Shown: piece by piece, positions 28,393 through 36,425 of the stretch | Layout of the letters: each line of letters begins with the position of its first letter | Position numbering within the stretch: position 1 is the stretch's first letter | NCBI GenBank assembly: GCA_963801355.1 | Contig: CAWDEM010000008.1 | Coordinates: 1,280,001-1,344,000 of the forward strand | Length of the DNA: 64,000 nucleotides | Direction: 5' to 3' | Origin: Ignavibacteriota bacterium | Lineage (GTDB): Bacteria > Bacteroidota > Ignavibacteria > UBA10030 > UBA6906 | Program-made: the position numbers and the translations under genes | Notes under the pieces: generated by a model | The model's input: the letters and a program-made list of their open reading frames with translations, nothing else | Databases searched by the model: none | What the model was told of the DNA's origin: nothing

Positions 28393-30483
28393 TCACCGCA
28401 ACAACACGAGTCTGCGCGTCTGCACCAGGTCGCCGGCTCCGTCCCTGGAGTCAAACCCGATTGCGGAGTTCAGCGGGCGGGCCTGCATTCTGTAGAAGTA
28501 CACTCCGCTCGAGAAACCCGTGCCGTCAAAAGTCGCCGCATGAACGCCGGCCTCCTGCTTCCCATCCACCAGCACAGCCACCTCCCGCCCGAGCAGGTCG
28601 TAGACGCTGAGCCGCACCCACCTGTTGCCTATTGCCTCGTGCCTATTGCCTATCCCAGGTACTGTGTAGCCTATCGTCGTGCTCGGATTGAACGGGTTGG
28701 GGAAATTCTGCTCGAGCATAAATCCCGACGGAAGACGCCGCTCTCCCCACCGCACATCTGTCGGCCCGGCAAAGCTCCGGAAGAATCCCGCGACAAACAC
28801 CAGCGGTGCGTTCCAATTGATCGCGATCTCGTTCGAGGCATAACTCGGGAGCGAATCTGCATAGCAAAGAGCAGGAGGCGTAGAGGAGGTGTACAGCGCC
28901 CGCAGCACATCATCCGACCTGTACTGATCCGGACCGCCAACGAGCAGGCCCGGGACAGGATCCACGATTCCGTCCGACCCCGACGGCCGGTGATGGGGCT
29001 GCATGGGAGGGGTCTCACCGATCCCGGTGACGAAAGAGCGTGACAGTCCATTCACACCCAGGACGTAATGGAGCTGATCGGCGGCGGCGGTGACAAACGA
29101 AGTGTCACCGGCCTCCACACCACCCGCCAGCAGAAGCACCGCCGCGTTTAGCGCCCCGCCGTTGCTTCCCCAATTATACTCACCGGGCTGCAGGACCACG
29201 TGATAACCGCTTTTGTTTCTCCTCGCAACCTGGGCGTTGCAGTACGTGATCAACGAGAGGCGAAGGTTCTGTTTGACCGCAAAGAGGGCCGCAGGCTGCT
29301 GCGATCTCATGTATGTTAACAACGCCAGAGGGCGGACGTACCCCCACCACATCACGCGGTCAATCAGGGGCCCGGTGGCGAAGCTTCCCTTGAGATACTC
29401 ATGATACAACGAGTCACCCGTGGTCTCGAAAAGCTCCACAGCCGCCCACTGCCGTTCATCGGAATCGTCTGTATCGCCGTATTCACCCGTAGCGGTTCCG
29501 GCCGGATTCCTGAATCCTCCCGCCGGGACAATGCCCGGGTGTGCGGCGAGGTACTGCCAGCCGCTTTTCGCCGCATCGAGGCATGTCTGCGAAAACGCCG
29601 TGTCGTATGGTGCGAACAGCCGCGCGCCCTTTGCGAGCACCGCTGCCGCGTCACCCGTTGCGGCTGACGATACTGCATAGATGTACCTGGCTCCCGCGTC
29701 GTTCCTCGGCATCACGAATCCCTCGAACTGCTCGCGGGTGAGCTTGAACCAGAACCCGCCATCCCACCGCTGCATGCTCAGAAACCACTGGAGTTCATAC
29801 CGCACTTCATCCAGGATATCCGGGACACCGTTTCCGCTCTCGGGAATGCCGAGATCGTCGCTACTGAACCGTGACGGAAACATCTCGTAGGCCAGCAGGA
29901 GCGTGCCTGCACTGATGCCGGCATTGATGATGTACTTGCCGTAGTCGCCCGCATCATGCCAGCCTCCCATCGCCGGTCGGTACCCGCTGGTATCGGTGGA
30001 GGAGTGAAATACAGCATCGCGGAAATGACAGAGTGCGTGCTCATAGACCCCGGCATAGGCCGGAAGAATGTCCATACCGCATCTCTGCAGGTAGAAACCT
30101 CTAAGCGCCTTTCTGAACACTTCATCATACACGCTGTCGGATATCACAAACGGACTTGAGCTGTCGCCGTGCGATGTCACCACCCTGTAGCGCCCGGCCT
30201 GTTGCAGCGCGGACAAATCCCCGCGGTACACCGTGTGGCCCGTAGCCGCGTCCGACGATTTCCAGAGTGCCATCGGGCCACGAAACACCTTCTCCCCTGT
30301 CCCAGTCAGCTCGACAACGAAGCTGTCCGCCGCCTGCGATGCAAAAACGTACTTGACAAAGACTCTCGGGAAGCCCACCTGGTCAACGGCCACAACGCGC
30401 TGACCGGCCACGGCATGGGAAAGAAGGGCCATCGAAACGATGGGCAACAATATCGAGCGGATCAGCTGGGTGGAAATCTTCAT
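28393..30483 (-). CDS. GH9 endoglucanase with N-terminal Ig-like and T9SS-type C-terminal domains
   Basis: FYLQRCG, GGWHDAGDYGKY, PHHRPS, SYASNEIAINWNA motifs. Confidence 0.93.
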   Translation of the reverse strand: MKISTQLIRSILLPIVSMALLSHAVAGQRVVAVDQVGFPRVFVKYVFASQAADSFVVELTGTGEKVFRGPMALWKSSDAATGHTVYRGDLSALQQAGRYRVVTSHGDSSSPFVISDSVYDEVFRKALRGFYLQRCGMDILPAYAGVYEHALCHFRDAVFHSSTDTSGYRPAMGGWHDAGDYGKYIINAGISAGTLLLAYEMFPSRFSSDDLGIPESGNGVPDILDEVRYELQWFLSMQRWDGGFWFKLTREQFEGFVMPRNDAGARYIYAVSSAATGDAAAVLAKGARLFAPYDTAFSQTCLDAAKSGWQYLAAHPGIVPAGGFRNPAGTATGEYGDTDDSDERQWAAVELFETTGDSLYHEYLKGSFATGPLIDRVMWWGYVRPLALLTYMRSQQPAALFAVKQNLRLSLITYCNAQVARRNKSGYHVVLQPGEYNWGSNGGALNAAVLLLAGGVEAGDTSFVTAAADQLHYVLGVNGLSRSFVTGIGETPPMQPHHRPSGSDGIVDPVPGLLVGGPDQYRSDDVLRALYTSSTPPALCYADSLPSYASNEIAINWNAPLVFVAGFFRSFAGPTDVRWGERRLPSGFMLEQNFPNPFNPSTTIGYTVPGIGNRHEAIGNRWVRLSVYDLLGREVAVLVDGKQEAGVHAATFDGTGFSSGVYFYRMQARPLNSAIGFDSRDGAGDLVQTRRLVLLR

Positions 30484-30518
30484 TGTCTTCCTCTGTGGTA
30501 GCATGCTTCCCCGAAACC

Positions 30519-31973
30519 CTACTTCAGCCCGAGTTCCTTGCACATACGGAAGAAATTTGACGGGGCGAGCCCGAGTTTCTCCGCAGCGTTCGAATCGGAG
30601 CTCGAGATGCTCCGCACGTACTTGAAATAGTTGGTCCTGTAAATACGTTCCATCTCCCTCAGCGGGAGGACCTGCCGGCCCGTAAATTCGTTCACGCCCG
30701 CCGCGTCATCCTTGAACAGCGGGCCCTTCAGGATCATCGGGTGGCTCACGTCTTTTGCGGTAATTTTCCCCTCACAATTCAGCAGAAGCCGTTGTGCAAC
30801 GTTCCGCAGCTCGCGCACATTCCCCGGCCACTTGTAGTGTAACAGGATCTCCTTGGCGCCCGCCTCAACGTCGGGAATCGGAATGCCCATGTCGTTGCTG
30901 AAGTAGGTCAGGAAGTAATCAAAGAGGAGGAGAATATCCTCGCCACGGTCTTTGAGCGGGACGAGATCGAGCGGGATGACATTCAACCGGTAGTACAGGT
31001 CTTCCCTGAATCGGCCCTCATTCACCTCTTTCTGGAGGTCTTTGTTCGTGGCGGCAACGATGCGGACATTGACCGAGAGGCTCCCCGTCCGGCCGATCTT
31101 TTCTATCTCGCCGTCCTGGATCACGCGCAGAAGCTTCACCTGTGCCGGCGGCGGGAGCTCGGACACTTCATCCAGGAACACCGTTCCGTTGTTGGCCACT
31201 TCGAAAAGCCCGGGTTTTGATGCGACGGCCCCGGTGAACGACCCCTTTTCGTACCCGAAGAGCTCGCTTTCGATGAGGCCCTGCGGAATCCCGCCGCAGT
31301 TGATCGGTACAAAGGTCTCGAAGCGTCTCTTGCTCTTGAGATGGATGTTCCACGCGACCAGCTCCTTGCCTGTGCCGGAGGAACCGGAGATGAGCACGCT
31401 CGCATCGCTTCGCGCGAATTTCTCGATCGCCTCCTTGAGCTGAAGCATGGGCCTGGATTCACCATGGATGGTCTTGGCCTCGAGCAGCGCCTCGATGTTT
31501 TTCATCAGCCGTTTGTCCGACCGCTGCTTCAGCTTTTCGAGCCGCTTCTTCTCGTACGCATTGCAGATGCTCAAAAGGAAATCCGTGGGCTGGTACACAA
31601 ACTCCTCGATATTCCCGGGGTATTTCGTACAGTACCAGAAGGCACCCGCGTTGAGCAGACTGTTGGCGAAATCGAGGTCGGTCATGTTGATCGTCATCTT
31701 CGTGATGACGATAATCTGGATCAAGGGATTGATCTCCTTGATCTTCTTGATGAGCTCTTCGCCGCGCAGCCCGCCCGAGATCTGGAAGTCGAGGATCACC
31801 ACGTCGTACCCGTCGGGCTTCGCCCGGATGAGCTCCAGGGCGGTTTTCCCGTTTGAGCATACGCCCGCGATCTGAATGCGCGAGGCGAGCAATTTCACGG
31901 TGTTCCGGACACGCGCGACGTCGAAATCCTCATCCTCCACCAGGAGGAGCTGGATTGGATTTGCAGTAGTCAT
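30519..31973 (-). CDS. Sigma-54-dependent response regulator (NtrC-type: receiver, AAA+, HTH)
   Basis: LLVEDE and ILDFQ receiver, GSSGTGKE, ESELFGYEKGSFTGA, FLDE, FREDLYYRLNV, WPGNVREL; start overlaps the kinase stop (ATGA). Confidence 0.93.
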   Translation of the reverse strand: MTTANPIQLLLVEDEDFDVARVRNTVKLLASRIQIAGVCSNGKTALELIRAKPDGYDVVILDFQISGGLRGEELIKKIKEINPLIQIIVITKMTINMTDLDFANSLLNAGAFWYCTKYPGNIEEFVYQPTDFLLSICNAYEKKRLEKLKQRSDKRLMKNIEALLEAKTIHGESRPMLQLKEAIEKFARSDASVLISGSSGTGKELVAWNIHLKSKRRFETFVPINCGGIPQGLIESELFGYEKGSFTGAVASKPGLFEVANNGTVFLDEVSELPPPAQVKLLRVIQDGEIEKIGRTGSLSVNVRIVAATNKDLQKEVNEGRFREDLYYRLNVIPLDLVPLKDRGEDILLLFDYFLTYFSNDMGIPIPDVEAGAKEILLHYKWPGNVRELRNVAQRLLLNCEGKITAKDVSHPMILKGPLFKDDAAGVNEFTGRQVLPLREMERIYRTNYFKYVRSISSSDSNAAEKLGLAPSNFFRMCKELGLK

Positions 31974-33466
31974 GCACTTGCCGTGTGGTTTATGGTGATC
32001 GTAAAACAGCACCCGCCTTCCGGCAGGTTTTCGGCATCCATCTCCCAGCCGCATTTGCCGACAGCCAGCTGGTGGGCGATTTGACAACCGTAGCCGGAAT
32101 GCACGCCCACACCGGCTCCCGCCGGTTGTTTCTCTTCAAAGATTCTTTTCACACCCCGCCCATTCCGCTGCAGGAGCTCTTCACGGATGCCCACACCGTT
32201 ATCCTGGATGCGCACCGTCGATGTGCCTGTCGCCGGGTCGACCCTCGTACGCAACGTGATCGTAATGGCGTTCTTCGCCCCGTGATCGATGCTGTTTTGA
32301 ATGAGCGGCTCGAGGATTTCCCAGATGATGAACTCGTTGACGGGAACCTTGGGCAGCGCGGGATCCAGGTCATACGTAAACGAAAACATGTCGTTGCGGC
32401 TCGAGATCCTCAGGAATACGTTCTGGACAATAAATTCGATAATGGCGTTGATATTCGAATGGAACACCGGGTTGACAATGGTATTGATGTCCTGATCGTA
32501 CCACTTCATGTCGTAGATGATGCGCGAGATGAAGTTCGAATATGCGATCACCCTCTTTCTGATTTCTTCGATATTGCCGGGCGTCATCATGCGCACATCG
32601 CTCTTGATGAAGCCCATGATCTTTTCGGCCTTATGGTGCGTGTGGTAGATGCGCCTCGTGAAAATGGATTCCTTTTCAAGGCGGATTTGTTTCTCCAGGT
32701 TCGCCTGATGCTCCTCGAACAGCCGTTCACGCGCTTCGTTGCGCTCGCGCACCGCATTGGAGGAGACAACATACATCACGACCAGCCCGAGTAGCACGAG
32801 TGCCGAGAACGCGAACGACACCCGGTCGAAATTCGCCTGCACCTCGTCGGTCAGCATCGTGAAGTCCGGCGAGATGCGCATGTAGAGCGCGCCGACAGAC
32901 TCGCCGTACGGGACGAATGGGACGAGTACATTGAACGTTTTCTGATTGACCACATCGCTCAGAATCCGTTCATTGCGCATCAATTCATCTCTCCGGGCTG
33001 CGAAATAGGCCAGGGCGACAGTGGCGCTGTCTGACGTGCCGCCGTTGTACGCAGGGAGGCTTCCCTTGAAGAACTCGTTCATCTGCTCCCCGTTGCTCAC
33101 GAGGTAGGTGCGGTCGTCCTTCAGGAGAATGAGAGAAATCTCCTCGATGTTGCGTTGCAGGACAAGCTGTTTGAAGAAGACATTGACCGAATAGACGGCC
33201 TGCGCATCTTCAACCCTCCCTTCAGCCCACATGCGCTGCCGATGCTCAAAGAGGTTTTCCAGGCTGGCGGACGTGACCGAGGCAAGGCGCTCCGCATGGT
33301 ACTTCTGGAACCATCGCTGCGCATCATTCAGGAAGTTCGTCACCAGCGATCCCTGAAAAAGCACCAGCAGCAGCTGGAACAGGATCACCACAATGAAGAA
33401 CACGAGAATGTGGTTGATCTCGAACCTGTGCTGAGAGAGTTTCGATTTGATGTGGAGGAGACGCAT
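31970..33466 (-). CDS. Membrane sensor histidine kinase with atypical H-box
   Basis: Two hydrophobic helices around a periplasmic domain; LIQNSIDHG (N), QDNGVGI (G1), SGYG (G2); H-box region IYHTHHKAEKIMGF. Confidence 0.85.
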   Translation of the reverse strand: MRLLHIKSKLSQHRFEINHILVFFIVVILFQLLLVLFQGSLVTNFLNDAQRWFQKYHAERLASVTSASLENLFEHRQRMWAEGRVEDAQAVYSVNVFFKQLVLQRNIEEISLILLKDDRTYLVSNGEQMNEFFKGSLPAYNGGTSDSATVALAYFAARRDELMRNERILSDVVNQKTFNVLVPFVPYGESVGALYMRISPDFTMLTDEVQANFDRVSFAFSALVLLGLVVMYVVSSNAVRERNEARERLFEEHQANLEKQIRLEKESIFTRRIYHTHHKAEKIMGFIKSDVRMMTPGNIEEIRKRVIAYSNFISRIIYDMKWYDQDINTIVNPVFHSNINAIIEFIVQNVFLRISSRNDMFSFTYDLDPALPKVPVNEFIIWEILEPLIQNSIDHGAKNAITITLRTRVDPATGTSTVRIQDNGVGIREELLQRNGRGVKRIFEEKQPAGAGVGVHSGYGCQIAHQLAVGKCGWEMDAENLPEGGCCFTITINHTASA

Positions 33467-33486
33467 CGTGCGGGCTGACCGCTCCG

Positions 33487-34788
33487 TTACTTCCGTGTGA
33501 GGACGACGTCGTCCGAGCCGATAGCTTTGTTCGACAGCCGCAGCGCTTCTTCGACGGTGATGCGGCCGCGTATAGCCTGGGAACAATACTGCGCCAGCGC
33601 CTCGGAATACCTGGTGTAGTTCGGGTGTGCGGGACGGTGCACACCGAGCGTGGACGTGTGAACGATATCTGTGAGTTCGGGGTACTTCTTTCTATATTCT
33701 TCTTCCTCGTACAGCGCGCGAATGGACGGGAAGAATCCGGCCTTTGTGTAGATGGCCTCCTGCGATTCTTTCTCAAGCAAGAACTTGACAAACGCAACCG
33801 CTTCAGCTTTTTCCGAGCTGAGTTTCGACACCATCAAATCCCACCCGCCGATGGTCGAAGCCGCGGAGCCGCCGGCGAAGTGAGGCAGGGGCGCCTTGCG
33901 GATGAGCCGCTTCCCCGATGTCATGCCGGGGAAATCCCTGTCATAGCTCGTCCATCCCCTGATGAAACATCCATTGGTACGGAGGAAATACTCGTAACTC
34001 GACACCTCCGTCATTCCGGTAACCTCCGCGGGCGTCAAACCGTTCTTCTGCACGCAGTCGACCAGCAGCTGCAAAGCCTTGGCCGCCTGCGGAGTCTCGA
34101 AATCAAACCCGTGGATCTTGAAATAGTCAGGCTGAATCCCCTGGAGAAGTTCATTGTAGATGCACAGAAGGCCTTCGTAGGCGGCAGCGGGAAACACATA
34201 GTATGGACCGGGCCCGCGGAACTTCTTGCCGTACTTCACGAACTCTTCCCATGTTATGCCCTGCTGAACCTTCCCGGCAATCACGTCGCCGCCCGGAACC
34301 GAGCGCAGAATGTCATCCCGGTACAACAGCACGCCCCGGACGAGGCCGAGGGGGACAGCAACGAGCTTGCCATCCATGTAGCATGACCGCAGCCCTTCCT
34401 CCGAGATCCCCGCCAGTTCCTCTTTCGTGAAATACTGGTCGAGCGGTTCACTCCATCTTTCGAACCGTTGCACCCATATGACGTCGACCGCGAAGACATC
34501 AATGGCGTCCCCTTCGCCTCTCAGGAAGCGCGCGAGAATTTCCTTCCGCTCGTTTGTGGTGAAGTCTTCGTTGGGAAAGTCGATGGGAATGATCTTGACA
34601 CGACCTTCATGCCGGCGGTTGTACTCATCGATGAGTATCCGGTGGGCTTCCGTGAGCCGGTCGGCAAAATGTACTTCTTTAACGGTCGTTCCACGGTGCG
34701 TGGACAGGAAGGCCTGCCCTCCCACAAAGGAGAGGGCAATGAATGAAAGGAATAGCGCACCCCAATTCTGCCGAAGGAAGCTTTTCAT
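33487..34788 (-). CDS. Extracellular sugar solute-binding protein (family 1-like)
   Basis: IDVFAVDVIWV, LLYRDDIL, ITWEEF, AAAYEGL, STIGGWDLMV, RPAHPNY motifs. Confidence 0.87.
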   Translation of the reverse strand: MKSFLRQNWGALFLSFIALSFVGGQAFLSTHRGTTVKEVHFADRLTEAHRILIDEYNRRHEGRVKIIPIDFPNEDFTTNERKEILARFLRGEGDAIDVFAVDVIWVQRFERWSEPLDQYFTKEELAGISEEGLRSCYMDGKLVAVPLGLVRGVLLYRDDILRSVPGGDVIAGKVQQGITWEEFVKYGKKFRGPGPYYVFPAAAYEGLLCIYNELLQGIQPDYFKIHGFDFETPQAAKALQLLVDCVQKNGLTPAEVTGMTEVSSYEYFLRTNGCFIRGWTSYDRDFPGMTSGKRLIRKAPLPHFAGGSAASTIGGWDLMVSKLSSEKAEAVAFVKFLLEKESQEAIYTKAGFFPSIRALYEEEEYRKKYPELTDIVHTSTLGVHRPAHPNYTRYSEALAQYCSQAIRGRITVEEALRLSNKAIGSDDVVLTRK

Positions 34789-34904
34789 GCGTCCAGTCCA
34801 CATTTCAAGACACTTTCTCAGCAAATAATGTAGAAAAAGCGCCTCCAACGTTCAACCGGCGAAGGGAACCGACAGCGCACCATGACGACAGCGCAGGTGC
34901 ATGG

Positions 34905-36329
34905 CTATTTGCTTTTGTTGAGTTCGCCGTGCCCCGGGTCCCCGGGAAGGTTTCGGGCCTGTATCCTTCGAATGCAGTTGATGAGTGCGCGTGACGTATG
35001 ATAGTTGCACTTCCAGATCGAGGCCTTGGGTGAACGGGAGTGTTCGGGCGCCCTGTCAAGACCTCCCCAGAACCAGCCCCCATGCTTGAAATCAATAAGA
35101 TACTTCCTGCAATAGTCCCACTGCTCGCAGAACTTTCCGACGTAAAGGGACGCCTCCCCGGGGAAGAGCTCCGACATGAGCTGAAACGAATTGAGCGCTT
35201 CCGTCTGGCACCACCATTCTTTTGTCGAGCGCGTGATGGACGGCCGGTCATCACCTTCAGAGTAGGTGCCGCCGTCAAAAATGCCCCCGCGTTCGGGGTC
35301 CCACCCGTAAGCCAATGCGTGGTCGACCATCTTCCTGGCGACTCTGATCGTCGTTGTGTCGTTCTTCAGTCCCAGGGCGGAGGATGCTTCGAGCATCAGG
35401 TATGCCGTCTCAACGTCATGGCCGAACGACACGTGATCGAATTCATAGTTCTGTGCCCTGACTTCGGCTGAGGATTTTACAAACGAGACCGGGGTCCAGT
35501 CACGTTGAAAGAATAAGACCATGTACCCCCTGGGAGTCGTGATCACGTCGCGCACGAGATGCAGGAGTTCTTCGAGCCGTTTTCTCACCGTCGGGTCCGG
35601 CCAGACCTCATAGAGCGTAGTGAAGGCCTCGAGGAGATGTATTGATGAATTCTGATCCTTGGGAGGAGCGCCTCTCCACCCTTTTTCCAGGGGTGTGCCC
35701 TCACTGTCAATGAATTGAAAGTATCCTCCGTGCAGGGGGTCATAGCTGTGTGCCTCGAGCCAGCGGAAGGTCTCTTGTGCCATACGGAGCGCGGCGGTAT
35801 CGCCCGTGACACGGGCGCATTCGGCCAGCGCGTACACGGCAAAGGAATTGCCGTACGCCTTTTTGATGATGCGGCCATCTTCCAGAACCGGTTCACCCTC
35901 CCTGGTTACCATATCATAGAAGCCACCCCACCGCGGGTCCCACATTTTGTCCCGGAGAAACGCAATACCGTGGGTCGTGATGCCTTTAAAGGGAGTATCG
36001 GTGTTGTAGAACCGTGCCGCATGGGCGGCCGACCAGACATGGCGCGCCTGAGTCACAACGAATTTCTGCTGCGGGCCTACAACATTCCACTCATAGTCCA
36101 GGTCGCTGAAAAAGCCCCCGCAGACTGTATCGACGGATCGCGGATACCACGCAGCGAACTCGGCGTCGAGCACGCCCCGCATCTGGCAGGCGATGGTGTC
36201 GAGATTCGTCTGCACCGGTGCCTGTTGGTCATTCATCGTCGCGCATCCCATCGTGGAGAAAAGGGAAGAGAGCAAGAGGGAGAGTACAGGAGCGAAGGAC
36301 ACCACGTTCAGTCTTCTGATTGTCGGCAT
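34905..36329 (-). CDS. AGE-family epimerase, cellobiose/mannobiose 2-epimerase-like, with signal-like N-terminus
   Basis: VVTQARHVW, KKAYGNSFA, KDQNSSIHLLEA, SFGHDVE, KEWWCQ, WKCNYHTSR motifs; GAGG RBS before ATG 36329. Confidence 0.9.
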   Translation of the reverse strand: MPTIRRLNVVSFAPVLSLLLSSLFSTMGCATMNDQQAPVQTNLDTIACQMRGVLDAEFAAWYPRSVDTVCGGFFSDLDYEWNVVGPQQKFVVTQARHVWSAAHAARFYNTDTPFKGITTHGIAFLRDKMWDPRWGGFYDMVTREGEPVLEDGRIIKKAYGNSFAVYALAECARVTGDTAALRMAQETFRWLEAHSYDPLHGGYFQFIDSEGTPLEKGWRGAPPKDQNSSIHLLEAFTTLYEVWPDPTVRKRLEELLHLVRDVITTPRGYMVLFFQRDWTPVSFVKSSAEVRAQNYEFDHVSFGHDVETAYLMLEASSALGLKNDTTTIRVARKMVDHALAYGWDPERGGIFDGGTYSEGDDRPSITRSTKEWWCQTEALNSFQLMSELFPGEASLYVGKFCEQWDYCRKYLIDFKHGGWFWGGLDRAPEHSRSPKASIWKCNYHTSRALINCIRRIQARNLPGDPGHGELNKSK

Positions 36330-36350
36330 GGGGCCCCTCACGAGGAAAGA

Positions 36351-36396
36351 GAAAAAATTCAGGGCGGCTGGCGCGGTAGCGCTGCCGGCCGCCCTG
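36351..36396 (-). terminator. Stem-loop with U-tract after the TonB receptor/partner gene pair
   Basis: CAGGGCGGC...GCCGCCCTG stem (36360-36396), followed on the minus strand by AATTTTTTC. Confidence 0.75.
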
Positions 36397-36425
36397 CAAT
36401 CACCACACCGGATTCACGGATCCGG

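Noticed and set aside
33487-34788. ABC sugar transporter
   Set aside because: No permease or ATPase genes nearby; uptake is covered by SSS and GPH transporters.
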